DNA of 64,000 nt from a virus. Shown piece after piece: positions 18,898 to 29,023 of the stretch. The stretch covers positions 905-64,904 of IMG/VR virus record IMGVR_UViG_3300032330_000236; one strand, given 5' to 3'. The first letter of the stretch is position 1, and each line of letters opens with the position of its first letter. The position numbers were made by a program, and so were the translations under genes. Below the pieces are notes generated by a model. It saw only the letters and a list, made by a program, of their open reading frames with translations, was not told where the DNA came from and made no database searches.

Positions 18898-19809
18898 TCA
18901 GAATGAACCGGACGAGCCGTACATTCCCAGTGGATCAGACCAGCCGAACGAATAACGCTCGCGGGACTTGTAACGCACGTTGCCGGTGTCGAAGTCGCCG
19001 TCCATGCTGTTAGCCAGCGGAGTACGAACGAACATCTTCATACCGTTAGGTACGTCTGTGGTGAGGAACCAAGCATTGGTGTCGGTCAGATAGTGGTTTT
19101 GGGTATAACCTTCTGGGATCGAACCGTTATTCTTGATCGCGTTGATATCGTTGTTGTTAGTACCAACACGGAGGCTGGTTTCCAACAGGCGGGTAGCCAC
19201 GAATTGCAATGCGGGAGGAATAACCAATTTCTTGGGTTTTGCTGCGATCAACAAACCACGCTCATCAGTCCAAGCAGCGATAGCAATCACGGCGGCTTCC
19301 AAGGAAGTCTCGTTCAAGTCGGCTTGAGTAGAAGGAGTGTTGGCGTTGGTGCCGCCGCTGACCAAGGGGTGAGCAGTGCTGAACAGAGCAACGCCGTCGC
19401 CGCCGGTATAAGCAGCAGAGAAACCGTTGTTCAGAACAGCAGCGCCTTTGACCTGCTTGGTGTATGCCATAGCACGAGCCAGACCTTTGGTGTAGCGAGC
19501 AGACAAGCTGTCGTACAAGTTGTCCTCAATGGCCTCTTCGGTCAATGAGAAACCCAAAGCAATGGTTTCGTGGTTGTAGCGGGCAGTCCATGCTTCTTGT
19601 GCATTGTCATAAGCGATGGCAGAACCTTCGTTTTTAACAGGAGCAGCAGAGAAACCTGACAGCTTTGTTTCTTCTTCAAAAGAACGCTCAGAGGTTTCGA
19701 TTTCATAAATTTCTTTATGCTCTTCACCGTAGCGAGCGTATTCCAAACCAAACAAAGCATTCAAGCCGGGCAGGAGTTCTTTTAATAGTTGTGCGCGTGA
19801 AATAGCCAT
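18898..19809 (-). CDS. Major capsid protein (Mu gpT-like, HK97 fold)
   Basis: MAISRAQLLKELLPGLNALFGLEY, EEAIEDNLY, RYKSRERYSFGWSDP. Confidence 0.9.
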   Translation of the reverse strand: MAISRAQLLKELLPGLNALFGLEYARYGEEHKEIYEIETSERSFEEETKLSGFSAAPVKNEGSAIAYDNAQEAWTARYNHETIALGFSLTEEAIEDNLYDSLSARYTKGLARAMAYTKQVKGAAVLNNGFSAAYTGGDGVALFSTAHPLVSGGTNANTPSTQADLNETSLEAAVIAIAAWTDERGLLIAAKPKKLVIPPALQFVATRLLETSLRVGTNNNDINAIKNNGSIPEGYTQNHYLTDTNAWFLTTDVPNGMKMFVRTPLANSMDGDFDTGNVRYKSRERYSFGWSDPLGMYGSSGSF

Positions 19810-19821
19810 TTAAGTTACTCC

Positions 19822-20709
19822 TTAAGCTGTAGAAGTACCGGTGGCGTTGTAATACTCATGGAAACCGAAGTTGATTTTCACCAAAACTTCAGGGAACTGA
19901 GTAAACACCAAGGTTGAACCTGCGGGAATTGCGGTTGCAGTAGCAGCAGCGCCGCCAGCGTTAACCACACCATATTGTGCGTTGACCACGACAGAGGTTG
20001 CGCCAGCAGTAGCTGCTGTAGAAACCCAGTTCGCAGTACCAACGTACTGACCGTTTGCAGCCAAGAAACCAACTTCAGTACCGACTGGCAACGCGCTAGG
20101 CAGAGCAGAGGTAGTCAAAGTAGTTGTGCCGCTTGACCATGTTGCAGTACCCAGAGAAACGGCGGTGTCAGGGACAACGTCGATCACACGAACGGGTAAA
20201 GCAGGGGTAGTAGCAGCAGAGCTGGACAACACGGCGTTAGACGAGTTACCAGTAGCTGTAGAACCAGCCAAGTTGGAGATGGTCATGTTCAGGCCAATCA
20301 TGGCGCGTGAAGCAGAACCGATAGTAGTGCCACCTTGAGATGTCACGACAGCCACGCGGAAGATGGTGTCAGGATCATCAACAACGATCGCAACGGCATC
20401 GCCAGCCAAAGTCGAAGCGGGCCAGTATTGGCTGAACTGCTTCTGTTTGGTCAAGGGGTTCGTATACGAACAGCCCAAGAAGATACCGGTTTGACCGTAG
20501 TTAACAGCACCAGTAGCAGCAGTGCCGCCATCAGTGACTGCCAATCGGGTAACAAAACCACGAGTGATAGAGACGAAATCGCCGTAGAAAATGTTGGTAG
20601 CGTATCCGTATTGGATAGGCAAATTGCGAGTTGAACCCGCAAAAACCTGACCACCAATCAAGTTCACAGGCTTTAGACCGTAAGGGGCCGAGACTGTGGG
20701 GTAAGCCAT
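19822..20709 (-). CDS. Capsid decoration/cement protein
   Basis: APYGLKPV, IFYGD, GIFLGCSY, DDPD; between scaffold and capsid genes. Confidence 0.6.
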   Translation of the reverse strand: MAYPTVSAPYGLKPVNLIGGQVFAGSTRNLPIQYGYATNIFYGDFVSITRGFVTRLAVTDGGTAATGAVNYGQTGIFLGCSYTNPLTKQKQFSQYWPASTLAGDAVAIVVDDPDTIFRVAVVTSQGGTTIGSASRAMIGLNMTISNLAGSTATGNSSNAVLSSSAATTPALPVRVIDVVPDTAVSLGTATWSSGTTTLTTSALPSALPVGTEVGFLAANGQYVGTANWVSTAATAGATSVVVNAQYGVVNAGGAAATATAIPAGSTLVFTQFPEVLVKINFGFHEYYNATGTSTA

Positions 20710-20725
20710 TTAAGGACTCCTTGAA

Positions 20726-21193
20726 TTATGAACCTTTGCCAAAGCTCGTCGAAGATTTGCTTTCTCTAAAGATAGGCATCCTCGGGTCACTCTGACGCAT
20801 CAGGCTATTGTCTACAGCTTCCGTTTGCGCCCGGGTAACTTCCGCAAAATGTGCGGCACGTTGTTCCTGAAGCTCAATCGGTGTCTTGCAAAGCAACAGC
20901 CCACCAATTTCGATATTATTTTTAAATCGACTATCGGGGTCGATCATCATGCGAAACTTAGGTTGCTCTTCGACTGCCACTGGCTCCCAACCTTCCCGGA
21001 ACTTGCCGGTAATGTTGCGTTGGTCAGCTTCGTTCAAAGTAGAAACCCGAATCCATCTGTACGCATATCCCGGTTCCTTATCAGGTTCGGGAAGAGTTTC
21101 CGCAGCTTGCCACACACGGGGGCGTACTTGCGTTTCTCTGTTCTGCATTTCTCGCGCCAATCTGCTGTCCGTTGCTTTAATCTCTGTTGCCAT
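20726..21193 (-). CDS. Conserved head-module protein
   Basis: GYAYRWIR, EGWEPV, GGLLLCK. Confidence 0.7.
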   Translation of the reverse strand: MATEIKATDSRLAREMQNRETQVRPRVWQAAETLPEPDKEPGYAYRWIRVSTLNEADQRNITGKFREGWEPVAVEEQPKFRMMIDPDSRFKNNIEIGGLLLCKTPIELQEQRAAHFAEVTRAQTEAVDNSLMRQSDPRMPIFRESKSSTSFGKGS

Positions 21194-21194
21194 A

Positions 21195-22169
21195 TTAGAC
21201 CTCCAATTTCATCATTTCACGAGCGTACTGCTCATTGGTTAATTTCAATTTTTTAGCCAAGGCAACTTGAGTCTTCGACAGTACAACCTGTTTAGGGGCA
21301 GTACTACGTTTAGCAGGTGCAACAACTGTGCTTGGTTTTGTACGCTGAGGTTTTTCTTCCTCTTCGTTGTTTGTAGTAGCCGTGAATTCCTCTGGAAATC
21401 TACGTCTAACTTCTTTGTCGATACTGCCGTAATATTCGTCAGTACCTATGTATCCACGTCCGTACCGGTCTGCTAGTTCTTCGTGGACTCCCTCAGCGAA
21501 CTTGCGCATCGCTAACTTGTTTCGGTCTACGAACCACGGGTTTTTCGAGACCCAGTTAGCGACCTTGGGATCCATCTGCTGACTTGCAGGTTGGTTCTGT
21601 GGAGTAGTTTGTACATCATTTTCTTGGATTTGTACAGTGGGTTTGAAATGTTTTGCTTTATCAAGCTTCATTTCTGCCCGAACTAGCTCTTTCTGGGCTG
21701 CCAAAAGCTTATCAGAATCGCCAGAGTCATAAGCCTCTTTGTAATTCCGTTCCGCTTTGTCAAGTTCCATCTCCGCAGAAGTCTGGTACGTGGAAATTAA
21801 TTCTTTCTCACCAGTCTGAATCATAGATTTGAGCTTTCTGTTCTCTTCTAAGATTCGTTCAGCGACTGTTAGAGCTTCTTGCTGCTCACGAAAAGCAGCT
21901 TCTTTTGCCCGACGTTCGTCATGCCAAGCCTTCTTATATTGCTTGAACTTGACTTTTACGTTCTTGGTGTACTCCTCAGACTCATCAGCAGCTTCTAATT
22001 CTTGCTGTGTGTTTTCGTCCAAAGGGGGTGTGGCAAATTGATCTTCTTGGGGAGTGTCATCGACGATTTTTACCTCGACTTCATCATCCTCAATAGTGAT
22101 GTCTACCTCTTGGGCCTTTTCATTCTCAAGTTCATCAGGGAACTTATATTCACCACCAAATCTAGACAT
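21195..22169 (-). CDS. Scaffolding protein
   Basis: Acidic coiled coil, W..KNPWF, C-terminal EQYAREM; upstream of the capsid gene. Confidence 0.65.
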   Translation of the reverse strand: MSRFGGEYKFPDELENEKAQEVDITIEDDEVEVKIVDDTPQEDQFATPPLDENTQQELEAADESEEYTKNVKVKFKQYKKAWHDERRAKEAAFREQQEALTVAERILEENRKLKSMIQTGEKELISTYQTSAEMELDKAERNYKEAYDSGDSDKLLAAQKELVRAEMKLDKAKHFKPTVQIQENDVQTTPQNQPASQQMDPKVANWVSKNPWFVDRNKLAMRKFAEGVHEELADRYGRGYIGTDEYYGSIDKEVRRRFPEEFTATTNNEEEEKPQRTKPSTVVAPAKRSTAPKQVVLSKTQVALAKKLKLTNEQYAREMMKLEV

Positions 22170-22178
22170 GTACGCTCC

Positions 22179-22592
22179 TTATTTGCGTTTGACGCCACGA
22201 GGGTCTTCTACAACACCTTCGACTGAGTCGTCGTTGATGATGCGGAATTCACGTCCGTGGATGAGTAAACGTGAGCCTGCGTTGGGTCGAGTCAACACAA
22301 AATCACCTTTTTGACACCAAGGCCCAGTCGGAAACTTTGCCTTATCCATGTAGCAGTCAGGCCCGAGTTCAACAACAAACAAAACTGTTGTGAGCAGTTC
22401 GTCGTATCGAATGGTTTCTGCCGCTTTTACTAGCCCAATTTCGCTACCTTCAATTTCTTCATCTTGTTCTGGGACTGCGCACAAGATTTTGTAGCCCGAA
22501 GGCTTCGGTAACTGCTTTGCTTTTTCCTCCGCATTCTTGTGCATGATTGCCGCGAGATCGACAGCCAGTCCAAGATCTAAGGTTTCACTCAT
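22179..22592 (-). CDS. groES: Co-chaperonin GroES-like
   Basis: P-x-G-Y-K-I-L, GPDCY, KGDFV, EFRIINDDSVEGVV. Confidence 0.8.
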   Translation of the reverse strand: MSETLDLGLAVDLAAIMHKNAEEKAKQLPKPSGYKILCAVPEQDEEIEGSEIGLVKAAETIRYDELLTTVLFVVELGPDCYMDKAKFPTGPWCQKGDFVLTRPNAGSRLLIHGREFRIINDDSVEGVVEDPRGVKRK

Positions 22593-22791
22593 CCGAGTTC
22601 TCCAAGTTTTTCGTCAGGTCTGTGATGTATCTACGAGCGGTGAGCAGACCTGTAATTTCCCCACACATCCCGCAGTACTCGTCGTATGACCTAGCAGCTT
22701 TTGCTCCCAAGGCATCTTCGAGTTGTTTGACTTTTTCGTCAATTCTTTGAACCACTAAGTTCAATGTTTGTTGTACTTCGTAAGACATCAT
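22585..22791 (-). CDS. Small hypothetical protein
   Basis: Y..xCGEITGL; between portal and GroES. Confidence 0.7.
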   Translation of the reverse strand: MMSYEVQQTLNLVVQRIDEKVKQLEDALGAKAARSYDEYCGMCGEITGLLTARRYITDLTKNLENSDE

Positions 22792-25313
22792 TCACCTTTC
22801 TTTGGTGTTTGTTGAACTTGATTACGTAGTTGTCGGTCTTGTTGTTTGCCCTGATGAGCCAACTGTTCTCTGTGTTTCATCACATCTACACCTGTACGGA
22901 AGCCTTCAGACTCATGTTGCGCACGACGTTTAGCTTCATCGTTTTGATGTTGTAGAGCAAGCTTGGCTCCTTCAGTTTCTTGATTGGCCTCAATACGCTT
23001 CATTTCAACTTGGATCTGAGCCATCTTCGCTTGCATATCCTGCATGTCTTTCTGAGACTTGCGTTGCAAATCTTGTTGCTTAATCTGCAACTCTTGTTGC
23101 TGCAACTGTATAAGCGGATCTTGAGCTTGTTGTTGAGCTTTCTGCTGTTGAGATTCTTGCTGGTGCTGCTGTAACAACTGCTGTGCTGCTTGCGCTGCCA
23201 ATTGAGATACTTGAACTTCGATCTCAGGAGCCATCTCAACTTCATCCTTATCCTCTTTATATGGAGGTAAGGGGATACCCATTCGTTGCTCAATCTCTTT
23301 GCGGTACTCCATACCCAGATGCTCACCAATGTGTGCCGACATAGCTGCCTGCAACATCTGCGCTGCTTGAGGATTCTGGCCTACCAACTCTTGTACATGA
23401 GGATCTTGCATACCCGCCATGTGAACAGCAATATGAGCACGGTGGTCTTGATACAAGAACGCTTTGACAGGCTTGTTAGAAAGTATGTTCATGTTCTCTG
23501 TGACTGGGTCACGAGGCTTCATATCCTCTGCCATTGGGACAAGTTTCTGGTAATTCTTGATACCAATAACTTCCAACATCTGTCTATGTAACTGAGGTAA
23601 GTCATACAGTTGTGGCGCGGTTTGCGCCAACTGTAATGCTGCTTGGTATTGGATGACCTTTTGAGCCATCGTCGCTGCATTAGGATCGCTGACAGGAATC
23701 ACTTCCACAAAGTCATAATCGCTTTGCTTAGCGTGACGTCCACCTTCTTCTGGCTCGTAGCTGTAGTCGGCTGGAGTGTAGTCGCGGATGATATCCTTGA
23801 GTAACTTGAACTCTTGCTTCATCGAATAATGGACACGAGCCTGAATTGCACTCATGGTCTTGAGTTGACGCTCCAAAATTGCCAGCGTTGTACCGACGGG
23901 GGACTGGGCCGACATGTCAGACACTTGCAAGTCAACAGTGCCCGCGAACTTGCGACCTTCATCAACGATTGTTTGGAGGAGAGCAGCCAGAACCTGACTT
24001 GGTTCTTTGTATGGCAGCGGCATGATGTTGTCGCGGATGGAGCCACTTGGGACGTCCATATCACGGAACTCTCCGGGACTTATCGGTGTGTCATCACCTT
24101 TGGAACGAAGTCCTCGTGTTTTAAAACCACCCGGTAAGTTCGATAAAGTACCAGCATCAACGAGCTGACGAAGAATAGAAGTACCAGACTTGGCAAAAGC
24201 ACCAATAAGATGAATAAGACCGAAACAATAGAATCCAAAACCCGGGATATAGCCGTAATGCACGAAGTGAGTACGTTTGTGACACTGTTCATCTTCTGGT
24301 CTCCAGTTTCTACGAATCGCTAATATCTCACCTGAACTCTTCTCGATCGTCACGATGTAAGGAAGAGCAATACCTGTCTCTTCACCTTCTTCATCTGTAT
24401 GCTCATAGCCAGCTAAGTCCAACTCAACTTGCATCTCCAAGAGCTTGAAGCGATCATCTTCGGATGCTCTAAAGCCCAACTTCTCAGCAATCCTCTTCTC
24501 AATTTCATCCATCACATTGACAGGATCGCCTAAGTCAATATCTCGATAGAATCCTTCATGCTGGAGACGTCTTAACTCGTTAGCTGTCTTGCGCATCACA
24601 TGGGTCACACGTTCTGCTGATTCCAAACTTGAAGCGCCATAAGGCACAACCACGTCCTCCGCTGGCACATACATGGACACCTGACGATTCAAGCTGGGAT
24701 CAAAGTACACCTTCTTGAATGCGTTACCTGCCAGACCCAAGCCCCACAACATACGCTCATGCTCAGGGCGATACTCTTTCATCACATCCGTGAGTTGATA
24801 GTTCATATCTGCTTGCACGCGATCAGCAGCTTTCTTCTTCTCAGGAGTTTCTTTGCCAATGATCTGAGTCTTAACTGGGCCTGCTGCTGGGAATGTGGAC
24901 ATCATGGTCTCAGCTTGAAACTTAACCACGGACTCACTCAAGATTGGGTGATAGACACCGCACGCGCCGGGCCAAGGCTCCATACGTTCTTCGATCTTCA
25001 TACCCAATAATTCCAGACCATCAACGTAGGTCTGCACCCAGTCTTTACGACTGGAGACGTCTCCCTCATATTCACCAATGAGATCTCCGGCGAGACGTAC
25101 TAGCTCGTCCTCACTCATCTCTTCAGCCAAGTTCTTATTAAACTCGTCTTCGTCCTCAGACTTCTCCATCTCAATCTCAAAGCCCGGGCCGCTGATACTT
25201 ACAGCCTCTGGATCTTCAATCTGGATCTCAATTGGCTCTTCCTCAACACCGAGTTGTTCCAAGCCTTGGGGTGCGTCTGTATAGACAGCTTTGTCCATGT
25301 TTGTTGCCATCAT
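22788..25313 (-). CDS. Portal protein
   Basis: 841 aa after terL; EPWPGACGVYHP, FKKVY, LVDAGTLSNLPGG, Gln-rich C-terminal barrel (P22-like). Confidence 0.85.
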   Translation of the reverse strand: MMATNMDKAVYTDAPQGLEQLGVEEEPIEIQIEDPEAVSISGPGFEIEMEKSEDEDEFNKNLAEEMSEDELVRLAGDLIGEYEGDVSSRKDWVQTYVDGLELLGMKIEERMEPWPGACGVYHPILSESVVKFQAETMMSTFPAAGPVKTQIIGKETPEKKKAADRVQADMNYQLTDVMKEYRPEHERMLWGLGLAGNAFKKVYFDPSLNRQVSMYVPAEDVVVPYGASSLESAERVTHVMRKTANELRRLQHEGFYRDIDLGDPVNVMDEIEKRIAEKLGFRASEDDRFKLLEMQVELDLAGYEHTDEEGEETGIALPYIVTIEKSSGEILAIRRNWRPEDEQCHKRTHFVHYGYIPGFGFYCFGLIHLIGAFAKSGTSILRQLVDAGTLSNLPGGFKTRGLRSKGDDTPISPGEFRDMDVPSGSIRDNIMPLPYKEPSQVLAALLQTIVDEGRKFAGTVDLQVSDMSAQSPVGTTLAILERQLKTMSAIQARVHYSMKQEFKLLKDIIRDYTPADYSYEPEEGGRHAKQSDYDFVEVIPVSDPNAATMAQKVIQYQAALQLAQTAPQLYDLPQLHRQMLEVIGIKNYQKLVPMAEDMKPRDPVTENMNILSNKPVKAFLYQDHRAHIAVHMAGMQDPHVQELVGQNPQAAQMLQAAMSAHIGEHLGMEYRKEIEQRMGIPLPPYKEDKDEVEMAPEIEVQVSQLAAQAAQQLLQQHQQESQQQKAQQQAQDPLIQLQQQELQIKQQDLQRKSQKDMQDMQAKMAQIQVEMKRIEANQETEGAKLALQHQNDEAKRRAQHESEGFRTGVDVMKHREQLAHQGKQQDRQLRNQVQQTPKKGE

Positions 25314-25573
25314 CTGCCCTTTAAAGTTGCTCGGTTTGTACGAGCTGAATATGTGAAATCTTTCACGGGATGACCTGTGCTTTTTGCCGCACGATCCTTT
25401 GCCCGTTCCTCAGCAGTCATCATGTTGCGCTTTTGTCCTGCTGCTGTCAGTGTCCCATCTTCTTTCATCTGACCACGTTTCTTAAGTATGGCGATCGCCG
25501 TGTCCTTGTTGCCAACCTGCGCTGCAAGCCGGTCAACCAACTGATTCCTACCCATGAATTTTTGCGTAGTCAT
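25310..25573 (-). CDS. Small basic hypothetical protein
   Basis: 87 aa, coupled to both neighbours. Confidence 0.65.
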   Translation of the reverse strand: MTTQKFMGRNQLVDRLAAQVGNKDTAIAILKKRGQMKEDGTLTAAGQKRNMMTAEERAKDRAAKSTGHPVKDFTYSARTNRATLKGR

Positions 25574-26397
25574 ATTGTTTTGTACCCACCTGCTATGGGC
25601 TTATCTATCATGCCACCTTTTTTGTAAGGGACTTGTCTGATATGAGATATTGTGTCTTCGTTTACGTTTGCCTTAGAAGGGAAACCATGTTTACGTCCAT
25701 CTTCATAAGCACGATTAATGAAGTTCATAAACTCTTTATTTTTAGGATGTCCTGCGGCTGCTTTATGTGCTTCCCAGTTTTTAGCGTAATCTTTTCCAGA
25801 TTGACCAAATACATTTGTTCCTGTCCCATTCCAAGCCTCTGCAAATGAGATGCCTTTTCTATCCGCTAGATTCTTTTTTGCCTGTACTGTTGTCAAAAAA
25901 TTTCGTTCTTGTTCAGGCAGGTTATGTGCTTCAGCTAGCTGTTTATCAAAATCTTTTTCTTTTTTACTGCGAAGTACTATGCCATTGTGTCCAAGATCAG
26001 CGCGGCCTTCCTTCAAAGCAAATGTTGCGACCTCTTCTGGTGCCATAGTGGGATAGCCATACTTACTTGCAGCGCCAGCTAATCGCGCATATTTATATAG
26101 TACGTCGGGGTCTCTATAAACGTCAACGTAATTTTTATTATCATCATTAATAAACTTTACTGGCAGTGTTTCTAAACCATCTTTGCCACCGCCTTTACCT
26201 GTTGGATCTGCTCTATAAAACTTCAATTCTTTAGGCAAATCAGTTGGGCGAGTTGACCGTGGGAACAAATCTAATTTCTCCGACCCCGGATGCACAGGCA
26301 GCTCTGCTGGATCCACAACGGTTTTTTTCATCCCAATCGCATTTGCTACAGGAGCAAGACTTGGGTAAGCTTCGATCAAATCATCTAATCCAGCCAT
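25570..26397 (-). CDS. Hypothetical protein, possible lysozyme/SLT-like fold, with KKGG tag
   Basis: AASKYG..A..ALKEG and AEAWNGTG...DYAK; ends YKKGGMIDKP. Confidence 0.5.
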   Translation of the reverse strand: MAGLDDLIEAYPSLAPVANAIGMKKTVVDPAELPVHPGSEKLDLFPRSTRPTDLPKELKFYRADPTGKGGGKDGLETLPVKFINDDNKNYVDVYRDPDVLYKYARLAGAASKYGYPTMAPEEVATFALKEGRADLGHNGIVLRSKKEKDFDKQLAEAHNLPEQERNFLTTVQAKKNLADRKGISFAEAWNGTGTNVFGQSGKDYAKNWEAHKAAAGHPKNKEFMNFINRAYEDGRKHGFPSKANVNEDTISHIRQVPYKKGGMIDKPIAGGYKTI

Positions 26398-26406
26398 GAT
26401 GTGTCC

Positions 26407-27927
26407 TTAATAGTACGCCGCTTTTTTGCGGAACATTTTCTTGACGAAAGTGTCTTCTGGCTCATCGGTATCCAGACGAATAAATCCACCCTGCCGGAAT
26501 CTCAACAGAGCCAGTGTTGTGGAGTCTACCAAGTCATCGTTCGCTCCGCTAGGGAAGTCGTTGCATTCTTCTATGACATCCTTTGCCCATCGTCTGTCCG
26601 GCGCATAGACCACGCCCCCTTGGAACAGACTGGAAACTGCATTGACACGAGCAATCTTGTCTTGCCCTTTGCCCGGGGTAAACTCCCCGATCGGGATTCC
26701 CATCCTGCGCATCTCCTGATAGAGCACGGATCCGTTAGATTTCTTCTCAACCATGAACGCGTCTGGCTGCCATTCCCTATATTCTTCCAGAACCAGCGCT
26801 TTAAGCTCTGGGTACTCCATCCGTTTCTTGATCGCATTTAATAATATGATCGCGTAATTGTTCGTCTCCTCATTGAAGAAGACGCCCCATGTTGTAAGCG
26901 CGTTGTAATCTGACCGGTTCGATGCTTCTTGTGCCGCGTCCAGACTCATAATAGTGAACTCACACGGGGGCGGGGCTTCCTTGTCCCAGATCTTCCACCA
27001 CTCCCTCTTTATTAGAGCGCCCTCTTCAGACACGGGATTTTGCATGTACTGGGCATTCCAATACCGCACATCCAACGCAGCTTTCTTGGCGTAGAGTTCC
27101 TCCACAGGCCAAAACTCAGGCCACAAAGCCTCGCCATCTTCTTTAATTGCAGGAAACTCGACCACTTCCCACTGGTCAACACCCTCTTCCCGGTTCATCT
27201 GTGTAACTATCTGCCCAGTCAGGTCAAGCTTTGACCACCGAGTCATCACAACAATAATTGCGCCACCCGGCATGAGTCGCTGCAAAGGGCCAGACTGAAA
27301 CCATTCCCAAGCAGGTAAGAAAACATCAGGCCGTCCAGTTTTGGCTTCCTGTTCAGAATGAGGATCATCAATAATAAATAGATCAGCACCGCGACCAGCA
27401 AGTGCGCCGCCAACGCCGATAGCAAAGTACTCTCCATTGAAGTTTGTCCCCCATCTTGATGCCGACTTTGAGTCAGCTTGCAGTTCAACTTGAGGGAAAA
27501 CGTCCTTGTAGGCATCCATCCCCACCAGATTTCGCACCCGACGACCAAAATTCACCGCTAAATCTGCGGTGTGTGAGGCCATGATGACCTTTTTATGGGG
27601 GTGTTTGCCCAAAAACCACGCCGGAGCAAGGTAAGAAATGAGTTCAGACTTACCGTGACGGGGTGCGATGTTCACAATCACCCTTTTCTTCTTACCGTTG
27701 GCAATATCCTCAAAGATCTGGGCCAATTTCAGGTGGTGGGGGCCAACTTTGTAGCCCGGATAGACGTGTTTTACGAAGTCAAGGAAGCTTTCCTTGCTCA
27801 AATTCTGCGTCATTTGAGCATCATATGTCTTCAGAAGCTCAAGAGTACGCCTTTTCTGCTTGTCAGGCATAGCTGGCAACGCTTGTCGCAGCTTAAATAG
27901 CTGTTCAGGCGTTAGATTTTGATTCAT
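26407..27927 (-). CDS. terL: Terminase large subunit
   Basis: Walker A APRHGKS, Walker B IIDDP, MTRW, YMQNP, nuclease SLDAA..SDY, VEKK, DDLVDS. Confidence 0.95.
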   Translation of the reverse strand: MNQNLTPEQLFKLRQALPAMPDKQKRRTLELLKTYDAQMTQNLSKESFLDFVKHVYPGYKVGPHHLKLAQIFEDIANGKKKRVIVNIAPRHGKSELISYLAPAWFLGKHPHKKVIMASHTADLAVNFGRRVRNLVGMDAYKDVFPQVELQADSKSASRWGTNFNGEYFAIGVGGALAGRGADLFIIDDPHSEQEAKTGRPDVFLPAWEWFQSGPLQRLMPGGAIIVVMTRWSKLDLTGQIVTQMNREEGVDQWEVVEFPAIKEDGEALWPEFWPVEELYAKKAALDVRYWNAQYMQNPVSEEGALIKREWWKIWDKEAPPPCEFTIMSLDAAQEASNRSDYNALTTWGVFFNEETNNYAIILLNAIKKRMEYPELKALVLEEYREWQPDAFMVEKKSNGSVLYQEMRRMGIPIGEFTPGKGQDKIARVNAVSSLFQGGVVYAPDRRWAKDVIEECNDFPSGANDDLVDSTTLALLRFRQGGFIRLDTDEPEDTFVKKMFRKKAAYY

Positions 27928-28480
27928 TTTTCACTATTTCTCGGGCTTCAACGTCGATTACTTTGTTCTCTAAGCTACCAAGGGTGTCTAATAGTTCTTT
28001 CTCGACTTCCTCAATAGACAATATCTTATGTGTGACTTCACTACGCTTCTTGAAAGCATCAACGCCATCAATCTCACCTAATTTAGATAGGGCTGCTACC
28101 CGAGTCTTGGCATCCTTGGCGTTCTCGATCTCCAACACCAGCTTGTTTACTACATATAGCTTGAGGTCAGACAACTCATCAACGATAGATACGTTCATCT
28201 GAGCCACCATACCCGCAAGCATGGCGAGTGTCTCATTAGGATATTGAGCGAAGTCAGGCCTGTGCGCAGGATTCGTGACCATCTCTTTGGCTATTGCCTT
28301 GGCTTGGTCAGCATTCTCTTGTGTGGGTACGAGTGGTTTGCCTGTTAAGTCAGACATTAACTTCACCACGTTTGCTCTCATGGTGAGTTCTTCAGACGGA
28401 GACAGATCAGGGAACGCGTCTGCGGCGTTCTTGGGCAGAGGCACGTTCTCCTCTACGTAGGGCATTATCGGTTCTGACAT
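27905..28480 (-). CDS. Probable terminase small subunit
   Basis: First gene of the late operon, overlaps terL; RVAALSKLG, IDVEAREI. Confidence 0.55.
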   Translation of the reverse strand: MSEPIMPYVEENVPLPKNAADAFPDLSPSEELTMRANVVKLMSDLTGKPLVPTQENADQAKAIAKEMVTNPAHRPDFAQYPNETLAMLAGMVAQMNVSIVDELSDLKLYVVNKLVLEIENAKDAKTRVAALSKLGEIDGVDAFKKRSEVTHKILSIEEVEKELLDTLGSLENKVIDVEAREIVKNESKSNA

Positions 28481-28507
28481 GTAAGCGGAATCTCCGGCAG
28501 TTAGCCG

Positions 28508-28535
28508 AATGTAACATAAAAATATATTTATGCAA
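28508..28535 (-). promoter_or_regulatory. Putative promoter of the packaging/late operon
   Basis: TTGCAT-16 nt-TACATT with TGn extension. Confidence 0.45.
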
Positions 28536-28900
28536 GCGGGGGAGGTAAGGAATCCTACCCGGGGGGGTCATTTCGTTTTTCCAAATCGCGTGCGCTGTGT
28601 AATTCGATAGGGGGTGGGGGTAGCTTGCCATGTTTGCCATGTGTTTCAGATAAAGGGGTATGTGTAATTCGATCGGACAGGGTATTGGACAGGGTATTTT
28701 AGGCTGATAGCCGGGTGTAATTGGGCCAATTACACACTCCAGAGGCGTGGCTACATGGAAGCCAATAATTATTACTTGGTAACTTGACATATTACTTGGG
28801 GAAAATTTTGGAAAATTGTGTAGTTGTTTGTTTATATTCGAGGGGGGAGGGTCGGGCGGAGAGGCTCATTTGGGTTTAGGGGGGTGGGGGTGTGGGGCGT
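28536..28900. repeat. G-tract and short-repeat region (candidate pac site/terminus)
   Basis: GTGTAATT x4, perfect IR GTGTAATTGG-G-CCAATTACAC at 28715-28735, tandem GGACAGGGTATT x2, TTGCCATGT x2, many G4-G8 runs. Confidence 0.6.
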
Positions 28901-28915
28901 AGGCTTATTTAGTGC

Positions 28916-28931
28916 TCTGTCACCTGACAGA
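28916..28931. promoter_or_regulatory. Palindromic site copy 1
   Basis: TCTGTCACCTGACAGA. Confidence 0.85.
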
Positions 28932-28935
28932 TTCG

Positions 28936-28964
28936 TTGACATTCCACACCGCATCAGTTAATAT
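28936..28964 (+). promoter_or_regulatory. Early sigma70 promoter P1
   Basis: TTGACA-17 nt-TAATAT. Confidence 0.75.
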
Positions 28965-29023
28965 TCTTTTACTGGATGCAATTCAGCGCCAGTAATTCAA
29001 ATCAAACCTTAAAGGAAATCAAA

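Noticed and set aside
28407-28790. 127-aa minus-strand ORF upstream of the putative terS
   Set aside because: It runs through the repeat and G-tract regulatory region, has no convincing RBS and overlaps terS out of frame.
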